Assembly (NCBI GenBank): GCA_038745065.1
Contig: JBCDLT010000032.1
Coordinates: 1,225-65,224, forward strand
Origin: Pseudomonadota bacterium
Lineage (GTDB): Bacteria; Pseudomonadota; Alphaproteobacteria; Rhizobiales; JANQQB01
Length of the DNA stretch: 64,000 nt
Reading direction: 5' to 3'
The notes under the pieces are model-generated. The model did not search any database. It had not been told where the DNA came from and saw only the letters and a list, made by a program, of their open reading frames with translations. Positions 16,056 through 26,747 of this stretch are shown piece after piece (the first letter of the stretch is position 1; every line of letters begins with the position of its first letter). The position numbers and the translations under genes were made by a program.

Positions 16056-17090
16056 TCAGGTCTTCAGGCGTTCGGCCACCTCCGGGGCGAAATAGGTGAG
16101 AATGCCGTCGGCGCCGGCCCGTTTGAACGCCTGAAGGCTTTCCAGCATGGCCCGGTCGCGATCGAGCCAGCCATTGGCTCCTGCCGCGCAGATCATCGCG
16201 AACTCGCCCGAGACCTGGTAGGCGAAGGTCGGCACCCGGCACTCGTCTTTCAGGCGGCGCACAATGTCGAGATAGGGCATGCCGGGCTTGACCATGATCA
16301 TGTCGGCGCCTTCGGCTATGTCGAGATGCGCTTCGTGGATCGCCTCGTCGCTGTTGCAGGGATCCATCTGGTAGGTGCGCTTGTCGCCGATCAGGGTGGC
16401 GTTGGTGCCGACCGCGTCGCGGAACGGGCCGTAAAAAGCCGACGCATACTTTGCGGTGTAGGCCATGATCTGCACATCGTGGTGGCCGCGCTGGTCCAGC
16501 CCCTGGCGGATCGCCCCGACCCGCCCGTCCATCATGTCGGAGGGGCCGATGACGTCGGCGCCGGCCTCGGCCTGGATCAGCGCCTGGTCGACGAGCTGGC
16601 GGACCGTCTCGTCGTTGACGATGGTCTCGCCGACCATAAGCCCGTCATGGCCGTGGCTCGTATAGGGGTCGAGCGCGACGTCGATCATGATCCCGATATC
16701 GAGACCCGCCGCCTTGATGGCCCGCGTCGCCGCACAGACCAGATTGTTCGGATTGAGCGCTTCGCTGCCGCGATCGTCGCGCAGGCCCGGATCGGTATAG
16801 GGAAACAGCGCGATCAACGGAATGCCAAGATCCGCCGCGCGCCGGGCCTCGTCGACGGCGCGGTCGACCGAATACCGGTAAACGCCCGGCATCGACGGCA
16901 CTTCCTGGCGCTGGTCGGTGCCGTCCACGAGGAAGGTCGGCCAGATCAGGTCGGTTACCGACACCTGCGTTTCGCGCACAAGGTCGCGCGCCCAGGCGGT
17001 TCGGCGATTGCGCCGCATGCGGCGTCCCTGGAGGATGTCGTCCATCGACAGGGTCGGCGGGGCAGCGGGCGGCGTTGAGTGTTTGTTCAT
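16056..17090 (-). CDS. hemB: Porphobilinogen synthase (delta-aminolevulinic acid dehydratase)
   Basis: RRNRRTAWARDLVRE...LIWPTFLVDG...IALFPY...DVALDPYTSHGHDG...IGPSDMMDGRV...MAYTAKYASAFYGPFRDA...YQMDP...MVKPG.PYLDI...AYQVSGEFAM. Start at ATG 17090 (MNKH). The longer ORF reaching 17636 was rejected. Confidence 0.95.
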   Translation of the reverse strand: MNKHSTPPAAPPTLSMDDILQGRRMRRNRRTAWARDLVRETQVSVTDLIWPTFLVDGTDQRQEVPSMPGVYRYSVDRAVDEARRAADLGIPLIALFPYTDPGLRDDRGSEALNPNNLVCAATRAIKAAGLDIGIMIDVALDPYTSHGHDGLMVGETIVNDETVRQLVDQALIQAEAGADVIGPSDMMDGRVGAIRQGLDQRGHHDVQIMAYTAKYASAFYGPFRDAVGTNATLIGDKRTYQMDPCNSDEAIHEAHLDIAEGADMIMVKPGMPYLDIVRRLKDECRVPTFAYQVSGEFAMICAAGANGWLDRDRAMLESLQAFKRAGADGILTYFAPEVAERLKT

Positions 17091-17282
17091 GATTTCCGGA
17101 TCCCTCGTCGCAAACTGCTCTTTTCGGCTGGTGCGGCTGTTAGGGGAGTATAGCCAGTTTGGAATCGTTTCAAAAGGCGCCGACGTCGCATCGCCTGCCG
17201 AAACCGGCTCGATCCCGCGGACGAGTTGACGCGGGCCCTTCAATGGTCCTATCCACGGGCGCTTGGATGACGGGGCTAAGCT

Positions 17283-18422
17283 ATGGATTTTTCCCTTTCC
17301 GCCGAACAGCGTGCGATCCGCGACATGGCCGCCGACTTCGCGGCCGGCGAGATGGAGCCGCACGCCCGAGAATGGGATGAAAAGGCGCTCTTTCCCGTCG
17401 AGACGTTGCGGAAGGCCGCCGGTCTCGGTTTCGGCGGCCTGTATATCGGCGAGGATGTCGGCGGCTCCGCCCTGACCCGTCTCGACGCCGCGATCGTGTT
17501 CGAGGAACTGGCCAAGGGCTGCACCTCGACGGCCGCCTATATCTCGATCCACAACATGGCCGCATGGATGATCGACGCCTTCGGCACGCCGGAGCAACGC
17601 CGGGCCTTCCTGCCGGACCTGTGCTCCATGCAGCACTTTGCGAGCTATTGCCTGACCGAACCGGGATCAGGCTCGGACGCGGCCGCCTTGCGCACCCGGG
17701 CGGAGCGCGACGGCGACGAGTATGTGCTGAACGGCTCCAAAGCCTTCATTTCCGGCGGCGGCGCTTCGGACCTTTATGTCTGCATGGTCCGCACCGGCGG
17801 CGACGGGCCCGACGGCATTTCCTGCCTTGTCGTCGAAAAGGACCGTCCGGGCGTGTCCTTCGGTGCCCAGGAGGTCAAGCTCGGCTGGAAAAGCCAGCCG
17901 ACGGCCATGGTGCAGTTCGACAATGCCCGGGTACCGGTTGCCAATTGCATCGGCGGCGAAGGGGCGGGCTTTCGCATTGCCATGGCCGGGCTCGACGGCG
18001 GGCGCATCAATATCGGGGCCTGCTCGCTCGGCGCGGCCCAGACCTGCCTCGACCGCTCGGTCGCCTACATGCAGGAGCGCCGCCAGTTCGGTCGTGCGAT
18101 CGCCGAATTCCAGGCGCTGCAATTCCGGGTGGCCGACATGGCGACAGACCTGGAGGCCGCGCGCCTGATGCTGCACAAGGCGGCGCTGATGGTCGACGAA
18201 AAGGCGCCCGGCGCCACCCGCCAGGCAGCCATGGCAAAAAGGCTTGCCACGGACACCGGCTTTTCCGTCGTCAACGAGGCCTTGCAGTTGCATGGCGGTT
18301 ACGGATATTTGCGGGATTACCCGATCGAACGCTTTCTGCGCGATGTCCGAGTTCACCAGATCCTGGAAGGCACCAACGAAATCATGCGGTTGATCATTGC
18401 CCGCGACATTTTCGGCCGGTAG
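17283..18422 (+). CDS. Acyl-CoA dehydrogenase, probably isobutyryl-CoA dehydrogenase (valine catabolism)
   Basis: The ACAD signature runs through the whole ORF (...[12 protein letters not shown]...QFG..IA.FQ....ADMA...HGGYGY..DYP.ERF.RD....I.EGTNEI). The specific role is inferred from the adjacent hydrolase and mmsB. Confidence 0.9.
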   Translation: MDFSLSAEQRAIRDMAADFAAGEMEPHAREWDEKALFPVETLRKAAGLGFGGLYIGEDVGGSALTRLDAAIVFEELAKGCTSTAAYISIHNMAAWMIDAFGTPEQRRAFLPDLCSMQHFASYCLTEPGSGSDAAALRTRAERDGDEYVLNGSKAFISGGGASDLYVCMVRTGGDGPDGISCLVVEKDRPGVSFGAQEVKLGWKSQPTAMVQFDNARVPVANCIGGEGAGFRIAMAGLDGGRINIGACSLGAAQTCLDRSVAYMQERRQFGRAIAEFQALQFRVADMATDLEAARLMLHKAALMVDEKAPGATRQAAMAKRLATDTGFSVVNEALQLHGGYGYLRDYPIERFLRDVRVHQILEGTNEIMRLIIARDIFGR

Positions 18423-18429
18423 CCGGCCG

Positions 18430-19461
18430 ATGGCGGATATTCATGCGACCATCGTCGGGCGCGCCGGCGTGCTGACGCTCGACAAGCCGGAAACCCTGAA
18501 CGCGCTCACCCATGGCATGGTGCGAACCATCGCCGCCCATCTCGACCTTTGGCAGGATGATCCGCGTGTGTGTCACGTAATCATCCGATCGAGCGGGGGA
18601 CGGGCGTTTTCCGCCGGCGGCGATATCCGGGATCTCTATCTGCGCGGCCGCACCGAATACGACGACGTGCTCGGGTTCTTTGCCGAGGAATACCGGCTCA
18701 ATACGCGGATCCGGGAATATCCCAAACCCTATATTGCGCTGATCGACGGCATTGTGATGGGTGGCGGCGTGGGCGTTTCCGTCAACGGTCGCTACCGCGT
18801 CGGTACCCCCGCCATGCGCTTCGCCATGCCGGAGGTCGGTATCGGCTTTTTCCCCGATGTGGGGGCCACCTATTTCCTGCCGCGTTTCCCCGGGTGGTAC
18901 GGGCGCTATTGCGCCTTGACCGGCGCGCGCCTGAAACAGGCGGAGGCGGCTGCCAGTGGCGTCATCACCCATTGCATCGATACTGACCGCCTGGAGGCGT
19001 TGTTCGCTGCGTTGACCGCCAGCGACGACGCACCGGCTGTGCTGGAGGAAATGTGCGACGCTTCCGGCAACGATCCGGCGCTTCCAGACCGGGACATCCT
19101 CGACCGCGCTTTTGCCGGCGAAACGGTCGAGGCGATCCTGGAAAGGCTCGACGGCGAGCGCGCAAGTGTCTGCGCCGAGGCTGCCGCGACGATCCGGGCG
19201 AAGTCGCCGACCAGCGTGAAGATTGCCTTGCGCCAGATGCAGGTGGGGGCCGGGCAGGCGTTCCGGGATTGCATGACGGTCGAATTCCGCATTGTCTCCC
19301 GCGTGCTGCGCGGGCATGATTTCTATGAAGGAGTCAGGGCGACCATCGTCGACAAGGACAATCGGCCGGCCTGGCGACCGGATGATCTGGCCGGCGTATC
19401 GGCCGAGGCCATTGACGCCTATTTCGAGCCCGCCGACGGAGGAGATCTGCGATTTGACTGA
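18430..19461 (+). CDS. Enoyl-CoA hydratase/isomerase family protein, probably 3-hydroxyisobutyryl-CoA hydrolase
   Basis: LTLDKPETLNALT..M...FSAGGDIRDLY...YIALIDGIVMGGGVG.S..G..RV......FAMPE.GIGFFPDVG..YFL.R. The length and C-terminal extension are typical of HIBCH. Start at ATG 18430. Confidence 0.85.
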   Translation: MADIHATIVGRAGVLTLDKPETLNALTHGMVRTIAAHLDLWQDDPRVCHVIIRSSGGRAFSAGGDIRDLYLRGRTEYDDVLGFFAEEYRLNTRIREYPKPYIALIDGIVMGGGVGVSVNGRYRVGTPAMRFAMPEVGIGFFPDVGATYFLPRFPGWYGRYCALTGARLKQAEAAASGVITHCIDTDRLEALFAALTASDDAPAVLEEMCDASGNDPALPDRDILDRAFAGETVEAILERLDGERASVCAEAAATIRAKSPTSVKIALRQMQVGAGQAFRDCMTVEFRIVSRVLRGHDFYEGVRATIVDKDNRPAWRPDDLAGVSAEAIDAYFEPADGGDLRFD

Positions 19462-19524
19462 TCGCGCGATGTATACCGACGCAGCGCTTTTGACCGGAGC
19501 TCCAGTGACGAGGAGGTCGGACCG

Positions 19525-19947
19525 GTGACGCCCCCCATGCTCAGCCTGCCGCCTACCATATTCGGTTTTCCGATCAGTTGGCGCCTACTGCTTCTGACAT
19601 TCCTGCGGATCATCGGCGGAACCCTTGTCATCGCGGGCGTGATCCATTGGGCCCGCATCATCGGTTACGTGCCCTGGCGCGGCGCCTATTTCTGGAACAT
19701 GCCGACCGACTGGCAGGCGGTGACGGTCTATTTCGCGGTTTTCGATCTGGCGGCTGCCGTCGGTTTGTGGCTCGGCGCCTCCTGGGGTGTTGTCATGTGG
19801 CTGTTGGTGGCGCTCAGCCAGATCACCATGCACTCGCTCTTTGCCGATGCTTTCGGTCACCGGCCTTGGGAAATCACCTATTACGTGATCACGATCCTCA
19901 TCTATTTGGCGCTCGCCTACCTTACGGAACGCGAATCCCGCCTATAA
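19525..19947 (+). CDS. Small integral membrane protein of unknown function embedded in the valine-catabolism cluster
   Basis: 140 aa with four clear hydrophobic helices. GTG start. GC-rich third codon positions like its neighbours. No motif I can name with certainty. Confidence 0.6.
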   Translation: MTPPMLSLPPTIFGFPISWRLLLLTFLRIIGGTLVIAGVIHWARIIGYVPWRGAYFWNMPTDWQAVTVYFAVFDLAAAVGLWLGASWGVVMWLLVALSQITMHSLFADAFGHRPWEITYYVITILIYLALAYLTERESRL

Positions 19948-20024
19948 AGAAATCTTGGTCGAAATCTCCGGTGGCGGCTCCGGGTGGCTGAAACAAAAAA
20001 GCAGGGGAACAAGGAAAGCACTTC

Positions 20025-20927
20025 ATGGCAAACATCGGATTTGTCGGGCTTGGCAACATGGGTGGGCCGATGGCGGCCAATCTGGTCAAGGCCGGACATA
20101 ACGTAATGGGCATCGATCTCGATCCGGCCGCGGCGCAGCGCATGGTCGATGCCGGCGGCCGTCAGGCCGCCTCGATCCCGGAACTGGCCCAGAACGTCGA
20201 CATCATCGTGACCATGTTACCGGCGGGACGCCATGTGCGCGACGTCTATACCGGCGAAACGGGGATCCTGAAAAACGCCCGCACCGGTACCTTGCTGATC
20301 GACTGTTCGACGATCGACGTCGAATCCGCCCGTTTCGTGGCTCAGAAGGCGGACATGGCCGGCATGCCGATGATCGACGCCCCGGTGTCCGGAGGTGTCG
20401 TGGGAGCGGAAGCCGGGACCCTGACGTTCATGGTCGGCGGACCCGATGAGGCCTATGATCGCGCGCGCCCCATCCTGGAGAATATGGGCAAGACCATCGT
20501 GCATGCCGGCGGTGCGGGGAACGGCCAGGCGGCCAAGATCTGCAACAACATGATCCTCGGCATTTCGATGATCGGCGTGTCGGAGGCTTTCGTGCTGGCG
20601 GAAAAGCTCGGGCTTGACCGCCAGAAACTGTTCGATGTGTCGTCGACGGCCTCCGGCCAGTGCTGGGCGTTGACCACCTATTGTCCCGTCCCGGGACCGG
20701 TTCCGACCTCACCGGCCAATCGCGATTATGCCCCCGGCTTCACCTCCGCGATGATGTCGAAGGACCTCACGCTGGCCCAGGCGGCCGCACAAAGCGTCGG
20801 GGCGGCAACACCGCTCGGTGCCGAAGCGCTGGCGCTCTACACTCTTTATTGCAATGCCGGTCACGGCGGCGTCGACTTTTCCGGGATCGTCCGGTTCCTG
20901 CGCGGCAATGACGGTATCGAACCCTGA
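20025..20927 (+). CDS. mmsB: 3-hydroxyisobutyrate dehydrogenase
   Basis: N-terminal IGFVGLGNMGGPMAANL Rossmann motif. ...DAPVSGG..GA..GTL.FMVGG...GQ.AK.CNN and the C-terminal 6PGDH-like domain. Confidence 0.9.
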   Translation: MANIGFVGLGNMGGPMAANLVKAGHNVMGIDLDPAAAQRMVDAGGRQAASIPELAQNVDIIVTMLPAGRHVRDVYTGETGILKNARTGTLLIDCSTIDVESARFVAQKADMAGMPMIDAPVSGGVVGAEAGTLTFMVGGPDEAYDRARPILENMGKTIVHAGGAGNGQAAKICNNMILGISMIGVSEAFVLAEKLGLDRQKLFDVSSTASGQCWALTTYCPVPGPVPTSPANRDYAPGFTSAMMSKDLTLAQAAAQSVGAATPLGAEALALYTLYCNAGHGGVDFSGIVRFLRGNDGIEP

Positions 20928-21157
20928 CGCAACCGGCATGCAAGGATGGTCCGGCAAAGCACCGGACCGTTCCTCCGACCCGTCCGCGACACGACCCCGA
21001 TATGGTTTGCAAATCGCTAATTCGGTCTTGAAAAACCTGCCGAATTCTTAAGCCGATTTTTACATTGCCTTTTAATTGGATTTTAGACTCGCGTCTGTAG
21101 GTTTGGTCGTCAAGTGAGGGAAAAATCTCACGGCTTCAAACAGAAAGGCGTAACCAG

Positions 21158-21667
21158 ATGATGATGGCGGAAAGGGGACAAGTATTCGCCGAACAGGGTG
21201 GTGTAGAAGATCTTAAGCCTCTCTATCTTGAATCGCTCACGCTTGTTGAGCGGCTTCATCGGCGTCTGCTTGACGTAATCAAGGACGAATTCGACCGGAT
21301 GGGTCGATCGGACGTGAACAGCGTTCAGGCTCTGCTGTTGTTCAATATCGGAGACAGCGAACTCACGGCCGGTGAACTGCGGACCCGTGGGTACTACCTC
21401 GGCTCGAACGTATCCTACAATCTGAAGAAGCTGGTTGATACGGGATACATTCACCACGAGCGGTCGCGCTCCGACCGGCGCTCGGTGCGTGTCAGCCTGA
21501 CGGACAAGGGACAGGAAGTCGCTCGGATCGTGCATGATCTTTACGAGCGGCATCTGAAGTCGATCGAACAGGTCGGCGGAATCAATGCCAACGATTTTGT
21601 GGTCTTGAACAAGTCGCTGCAGCGTCTCGAGCGCTTCTGGACGGATCAGATCCTTTATCGTCTGTAG
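21158..21667 (+). CDS. MarR-family transcriptional regulator (LdtR-like, paired with the downstream L,D-transpeptidase)
   Basis: Winged-helix core ...LTAGELRTRGYYLGSNVSYNLKKLVDTGYIHHERSRSDRRSVRVSLTDKG. The position upstream of a YkuD transpeptidase mirrors the ldtR-ldtP arrangement reported in Rhizobiaceae. Confidence 0.85.
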   Translation: MMMAERGQVFAEQGGVEDLKPLYLESLTLVERLHRRLLDVIKDEFDRMGRSDVNSVQALLLFNIGDSELTAGELRTRGYYLGSNVSYNLKKLVDTGYIHHERSRSDRRSVRVSLTDKGQEVARIVHDLYERHLKSIEQVGGINANDFVVLNKSLQRLERFWTDQILYRL

Positions 21668-21821
21668 TCCGAAAGAGGGCACGGGAACCGAACGGATCCG
21701 TGCCCTGGCAAGGGTGATCGGACCAAACCGGGACCGGAACAGCCCGACGGATCGGGGCAGTGCGGCGAACGTGCCGAACCCGACCCCAAGGGACCCGGAC
21801 ATCCGATACACAAAAGGTGTT

Positions 21822-21857
21822 AAGCCGACCGCCGAAAGGGGTCGGCTTTCACTTTTT
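21822..21857 (+). terminator. Intrinsic-terminator-like hairpin in the MarR / L,D-transpeptidase intergenic region
   Basis: aagccgacc (21822-21830) pairs perfectly with ggtcggctt (21840-21848), followed by tcacttttt. Confidence 0.5.
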
Positions 21858-22082
21858 CGGCGCCGTGTCCGGCCCGGTGCAAATCCGCTTTTCCGCTCTG
21901 ATAAAATCGTGAATGCGTCGCACTGGCGGTTTTGTTTTGCCCGTCTTACATAGGTCGCGAGAGCGAATCCCGCCGCCGTCTATGGTTTCGTTAACCTTGT
22001 CGGGTTAGCGTGCGACGGCGACGCCGGGATGGTCGGGACATGGCCGGGTGTACGGTCGCTTACACGGGACAATACGATCACG

Positions 22083-23354
22083 ATGACGGACAGAGTTTCA
22101 CGACGCCGGATACTTCAGGGTGTGGCGGGACTGGCGGGCAGCGCTGCCTTTGCCGCGCCGGCCATTGCCCAGGACGAGTCAATCGCCTCGCTGATCCGCG
22201 GGCAGGGCGGAGGCGAATGGCAGGACACATTCCGATCGTCGGTGCGCAACCAGGCCGCGGTCAAATCCTCGCTCCCCACGCTGTCGCCGGAAACCTCGGC
22301 CTACGTCCAATCGGCGATCCAACGGTATGGCCACCTTGTGCAGCAAGGCGGATGGCCGATCGTACCGTCCAATGGTCCCCGGACCATGAAAATCGGCACC
22401 AAGCACGAAAACGTATCGGCCCTGCGTCAGCGGCTGATCGCGTCCGGCGACCTGCGCCAATCAGCGGGGCTGTCGACGACGTTCGATTCCTATGTCGACT
22501 TTGCGGTCCGGCGGTTTCAGGAACGGCACGGCGTGAATACGGATGGCGTCGTCGGTCGCCTGACCCTGTCCATGCTCAACGTACCGGCCGGTGTTCGTCT
22601 GCGTCAGCTTGAGACCAACCTTATCCGGTTGCGGTCGATGTCCGGTTTCCTCGGCGACCGTTACGTCATGGTCAACATACCCGCAGCGGCGATCGAGGCG
22701 GTTCAGGATGCACGGGTGCGTTCCCGTCACACCGCCGTCGTCGGCAAGGTCGACCGGCAGACGCCGGTTCTGTCGAGCAAGATCCACGAGCTCAACTTCA
22801 ATCCCTTCTGGCATGTCCCGGTCAGCATCATCCGTAAGGACCTGATCCCGATGATGAAGAAGGATCCGGAATATCTGGCGCGCAACAAGATCCGGATCTA
22901 CGACTGGAACGGCAACGAACTCGTCAAGGAAGAGATCGACTGGAACACGGACGAGGCGACGAAATACCTGTTCCGCCAGGATCCAGGCGAGATCAACTCG
23001 CTCGGTTCCGTCAAGATCAATTTCCATAACCAGCACCAGGTCTATCTGCACGACACCCCGTCGAAGAACCTTTTCGGCAAGGAAAAGCGGTTCCATTCAT
23101 CCGGCTGTGTTCGGGTCCAGAATGTGCGCGAGCTGATTGCCTGGATCCTGGAATCCAACGGTGATGAATGGTCCCGGATGCGCGTCGACGAGGTCATCCA
23201 ATCCGGCGAGCGCATTGATGTCCGGGTCAAAAAGCCGGTCCCGCTCTACATGTCCTACATCACCGCCTGGGCCAACCAGCAGGGTGTCGTGCATTTCCGG
23301 GACGACATTTACGGCCGCGACGGTCTCGGACTGGAGATGTTCGCTCAGAATTGA
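22083..23354 (+). CDS. L,D-transpeptidase (YkuD domain) with Tat-type signal and peptidoglycan-binding domain
   Basis: The RRRILQG...AFAAPAIAQ twin-arginine leader. A PG_binding_1-like segment (ALRQRL..SGDL...FD..V..AVRRFQERHG...DGVVG..T). YkuD catalytic motif HDTP....FGKEKRFHSSGCVRV. Confidence 0.9.
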   Translation: MTDRVSRRRILQGVAGLAGSAAFAAPAIAQDESIASLIRGQGGGEWQDTFRSSVRNQAAVKSSLPTLSPETSAYVQSAIQRYGHLVQQGGWPIVPSNGPRTMKIGTKHENVSALRQRLIASGDLRQSAGLSTTFDSYVDFAVRRFQERHGVNTDGVVGRLTLSMLNVPAGVRLRQLETNLIRLRSMSGFLGDRYVMVNIPAAAIEAVQDARVRSRHTAVVGKVDRQTPVLSSKIHELNFNPFWHVPVSIIRKDLIPMMKKDPEYLARNKIRIYDWNGNELVKEEIDWNTDEATKYLFRQDPGEINSLGSVKINFHNQHQVYLHDTPSKNLFGKEKRFHSSGCVRVQNVRELIAWILESNGDEWSRMRVDEVIQSGERIDVRVKKPVPLYMSYITAWANQQGVVHFRDDIYGRDGLGLEMFAQN

Positions 23355-23449
23355 GGGTCAGAACCCGTCGGGTCCTGAATGGACCGGCCGGCGTCGAACT
23401 GCCCGGCCGGTTGCGGTAGACTTCGGCGGTCGCGACCGATTCGTGGTGG

Positions 23450-23683
23450 ATGGCCATGCCCCGGGACTCCCGTCCCCTGTCCGGTGAAATCTATTTCGAA
23501 TTCACGCCCGTCGGAGGACAGGTGAGGGTGGCTGCCATCGACTCCGTCACAGGTGTCGAAGTGGTGATCTTCGGACCCTTGTCGGCGAGCCAGACAGATC
23601 TGGAAGGACTGGCGCTGCGTAAGTTGCGCAGGCGCATCGAGAAGGAAGAGCCGGTTGCCAAGCAGAGCGGCTGGCTTGTCTGA
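23450..23683 (+). CDS. Small conserved-looking hypothetical protein upstream of glyA
   Basis: 77 aa, preceded by GGTGGA, with GC-rich third positions. No recognisable motif. Confidence 0.5.
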   Translation: MAMPRDSRPLSGEIYFEFTPVGGQVRVAAIDSVTGVEVVIFGPLSASQTDLEGLALRKLRRRIEKEEPVAKQSGWLV

Positions 23684-23797
23684 CATGCCGGTGTGCTTGT
23701 TTAATGCCACCCTCGTATGATAAGGCCACGCTCCTGTTGCACGAGGCCTGCGCAGACGCTGTGTCTGCTGGCACTGTCCCTTTCGGAAAGCAAAGCC

Positions 23798-25102
23798 ATG
23801 ACCTTCAACACCGCATCTCCCCTTACGGAAACCAACGAATTCTTCTCGGCGTCTCTTGCCGACGCAGATCCCGACATTGCCCGGTCGATCGAACTCGAAC
23901 TCGGACGCCAGCGCAGCGAGATCGAACTGATCGCCTCTGAAAACATCGTGTCGCGTGCCGTTCTGGAGGCGCAGGGTTCGGTCATGACCAACAAATACGC
24001 GGAAGGCTATCCGGGCCGCCGCTATTACGGCGGCTGCCAGTTCGTCGACATTGCGGAAAGCCTGGCGATCGAACGCGTCACCAAACTGTTCGACTGCGCC
24101 TTTGCCAATGTCCAGCCGAATTCGGGCAGCCAGGCCAACCAGGCTGTGATGCTCGCTCTGGCGACGCCGGGCGACACGATCCTCGGCATGAGCCTGGATG
24201 CCGGCGGCCACCTGACTCACGGCGCGAAACCGAACCTGTCCGGCAAGTGGTTCAATCCGGTGCAATACGGGGTCCGCCTGCAGGACGGGCAGCTCGACTA
24301 CGACCAGGTCCAGGACCTGGCCAATGAGCACAAGCCGAAGATTATCATTGCCGGCGGATCGGCCTATTCGCCGATCATCGATTTCGCGCGGTTCAGAGCC
24401 ATTGCCGATTCCGTTGGTGCTTATCTGATGGTCGACATGGCGCATTTCGCCGGTCTCGTCGCCGGCGGAGTTTATCCGAGCCCGTTGCCGCATGCTCATG
24501 TCGTGACCACGACGACACACAAGACCCTGCGCGGTCCGCGCGGCGGCCTGGTCCTGACCAATGACGAGACAATCGCCAAGAAGATCAATTCGGCGGTTTT
24601 CCCGGGACTGCAGGGCGGCCCGCTGATGCATGTGATTGCCGCCAAGGCGGTGGCATTCGGCGAAGCGCTGCAGCCGTCTTTCAAGGCATATGCGCGCAAT
24701 GTGGTGGACAACGCCAAGGCGCTTGCCGAGACCTTGCGGGCCGGCGGCCTGGACATCGTGTCCGGCGGTACGGAATCGCATCTGATGCTGGTCGACCTGC
24801 GGCCGAAGGGCGTCACCGGCAAGGCGACGGAAGCCGCCCTGGGGCGCGCCCACATCACTTGTAACAAGAACGGTGTGCCCAACGACCCGGAAAAGCCGAT
24901 GATAACGTCGGGCGTGCGGCTTGGCACCCCGGCCGCGACCACGCGCGGGTTCGGCGTTGCCGAGTTCAAGGAAGTGGGCGAGCTCATCGTGGAAGTGGTC
25001 GACGGTCTGGCCGCCAATGGGGAAACCTCCAACGACGGCGTCGAAAAAGCCGTCAAGGAGCGTGTCGTGGCGCTGACCGACAGGTTTCCCGTTTACGCGT
25101 AA
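23798..25102 (+). CDS. glyA: Serine hydroxymethyltransferase
   Basis: ...[39 protein letters not shown]...[15 protein letters not shown]... Start at ATG 23798 (MTFNTAS). Confidence 0.95.
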   Translation: MTFNTASPLTETNEFFSASLADADPDIARSIELELGRQRSEIELIASENIVSRAVLEAQGSVMTNKYAEGYPGRRYYGGCQFVDIAESLAIERVTKLFDCAFANVQPNSGSQANQAVMLALATPGDTILGMSLDAGGHLTHGAKPNLSGKWFNPVQYGVRLQDGQLDYDQVQDLANEHKPKIIIAGGSAYSPIIDFARFRAIADSVGAYLMVDMAHFAGLVAGGVYPSPLPHAHVVTTTTHKTLRGPRGGLVLTNDETIAKKINSAVFPGLQGGPLMHVIAAKAVAFGEALQPSFKAYARNVVDNAKALAETLRAGGLDIVSGGTESHLMLVDLRPKGVTGKATEAALGRAHITCNKNGVPNDPEKPMITSGVRLGTPAATTRGFGVAEFKEVGELIVEVVDGLAANGETSNDGVEKAVKERVVALTDRFPVYA

Positions 25103-25113
25103 CGGAGGCGTTG

Positions 25114-25617
25114 ATGCGGTGTCCGCTTTGCGGCGCGGAAGGGACCCAGGTCAAGGATTCCCGACCGACTGAAGATGACACCGTCATCCGCCGGCGTCGG
25201 TTCTGTCCGGCGTGCAACGGGCGTTTCACGACATTTGAGAGAGTACAGTTACGGGAATTGACTGTCGTGAAACGCAACGGCCGCAAGGCGCCGTTCGACC
25301 GGGACAAATTGCTGCGTTCTGTACAAATCGCTTTGCGGAAACGCCCGGTCGAGGAAGACCATATCGATAGAATGATCAGTGGGATCGTCCGGGAACTTGA
25401 GAGTTCAGGTGAAAGCGAAATCCGGGCCGAAGAGATCGGGAACCGGGTCATGGAGCGCCTGAAGTCCCTGGACGATGTAGCCTATGTACGGTTTGCCTCG
25501 GTCTACCGGGATTTCCGGGAGCCGAAGGATTTCGGAGAATTCATCGACGAACTGACAGGGTCCGACACACCGGAACCGGTCGAGGCGGAAAAAACGGACG
25601 CGGATGCGGGTCGATGA
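25114..25617 (+). CDS. nrdR: Transcriptional repressor NrdR
   Basis: MRCPLCG...VKDSRP......[16 protein letters not shown] Zn-ribbon followed by an ATP-cone. Confidence 0.95.
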   Translation: MRCPLCGAEGTQVKDSRPTEDDTVIRRRRFCPACNGRFTTFERVQLRELTVVKRNGRKAPFDRDKLLRSVQIALRKRPVEEDHIDRMISGIVRELESSGESEIRAEEIGNRVMERLKSLDDVAYVRFASVYRDFREPKDFGEFIDELTGSDTPEPVEAEKTDADAGR

Positions 25618-26744
25618 GCGCACCGATTGACTATTCCGAAGACAGCAGATGGATGGCGGCTGCGCTTCGCCTGGCCCGCCGCGGCGCGGGGCGCACCTGG
25701 CCCAATCCGGCTGTCGGCGCCATCATCGTTGCCGGGGCCGGAGCGGGCGCACGGGTGGTCGGCCGGGCGGTGACCGCGACCGGCGGACGCCCGCATGCCG
25801 AGCGGATCGCCTTGCGCCAGGCAGGCGATGCGGCGCGTGGCGCCACCTGTTACGTGACGCTGGAACCCTGTTCCCATTACGGCAAGACGCCGCCGTGCGT
25901 GAATGCGCTTCTGGATGCCGGCATTTCCCGCCTGGTTTCCGCGATAACGGACCCGGATCCGCGTGTCGCCGGGCGGGGATACCGTATCCTGCGCGAGAAC
26001 GGCGTCGCGGTCGTCAACGGCATCCTGTCGGATGCCGCGCAATGGCATCATCGCGGCCATTTCATGCGCATTACCCGCGGACGACCGCACACTGTCCTGA
26101 AACTGGCGATCTCATCCGATGGCGGGATTGGGCGTCAGGGCGCGGGCCAGGTGCCGATCACCGGTGCGGAGGTCAAGCGGGACGTGCATCTTGTGCGGGC
26201 CGAGACCGATGCGATCATGGTCGGGGTCGGAACGGTTCTGGCCGATGACCCGCAACTGACCTGTCGCATAGAAGGCCTGGAAGACCGGTCGCCGGTCCGC
26301 GTCGTTCTGGACACACAGGCCCGAACACCGCTCGACAGCAAGCTGGTCAGAACCGCGCAGACGACACCCACCTGGATCCTCGCGTCAGACCGCGCCGATG
26401 ATTCCAAGGTGGAAGCCTTGCGCATGTCCGGCGTCCGCGTCTTTGTCGTGCCCTTCGACGAAACCGAACGATTGTGCCTTCACACCGCCCTTTCGGTGCT
26501 TGGCGAACAGGGCATCACAACGGTGCTCATCGAGGGCGGGGCCAAACTTGCGGAATCGTTGATACGGTCCAATCTTGCGGATCTCGTCGACTTCTACCAT
26601 GCAACACACGTCATCGGCGATGGCCGGATCCCCGCGCTCAATACCCTGCCGCTCGAATGTGTTACGGCCAGCGATCGCTATGTCCGGATCGGGGACCGGA
26701 TGATCGGACACGACAAACTGCATCAGTACAAAAGGGTCGCCTAG
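25614..26744 (+). CDS. ribD: Bifunctional diaminohydroxyphosphoribosylaminopyrimidine deaminase / 5-amino-6-(5-phosphoribosylamino)uracil reductase
   Basis: ...[13 protein letters not shown]...HAE..AL.......[18 protein letters not shown]... followed by the reductase half. ATGA overlap with nrdR. Confidence 0.95.
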   Translation: MSAPIDYSEDSRWMAAALRLARRGAGRTWPNPAVGAIIVAGAGAGARVVGRAVTATGGRPHAERIALRQAGDAARGATCYVTLEPCSHYGKTPPCVNALLDAGISRLVSAITDPDPRVAGRGYRILRENGVAVVNGILSDAAQWHHRGHFMRITRGRPHTVLKLAISSDGGIGRQGAGQVPITGAEVKRDVHLVRAETDAIMVGVGTVLADDPQLTCRIEGLEDRSPVRVVLDTQARTPLDSKLVRTAQTTPTWILASDRADDSKVEALRMSGVRVFVVPFDETERLCLHTALSVLGEQGITTVLIEGGAKLAESLIRSNLADLVDFYHATHVIGDGRIPALNTLPLECVTASDRYVRIGDRMIGHDKLHQYKRVA

Positions 26745-26747
26745 ACA

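Noticed and set aside
14315-16095. Alternative-frame and antisense ORFs over the bpt and RDD genes (245 aa on the minus strand, 315 aa on the plus strand, and others).
   Set aside because: They overlap genes with recognisable family motifs and have low-complexity Arg-rich translations.
16056-17636. A 526-aa version of hemB.
   Set aside because: The extra 180 N-terminal residues run across the divergent promoter and overlap the acyl-CoA dehydrogenase gene. HemB homology begins near the Met at 17090.
23345-24853. A 502-aa minus-strand ORF overlapping glyA.
   Set aside because: It is antisense to an unambiguous serine hydroxymethyltransferase, and its sequence is Arg/Gly/Ala-rich nonsense.
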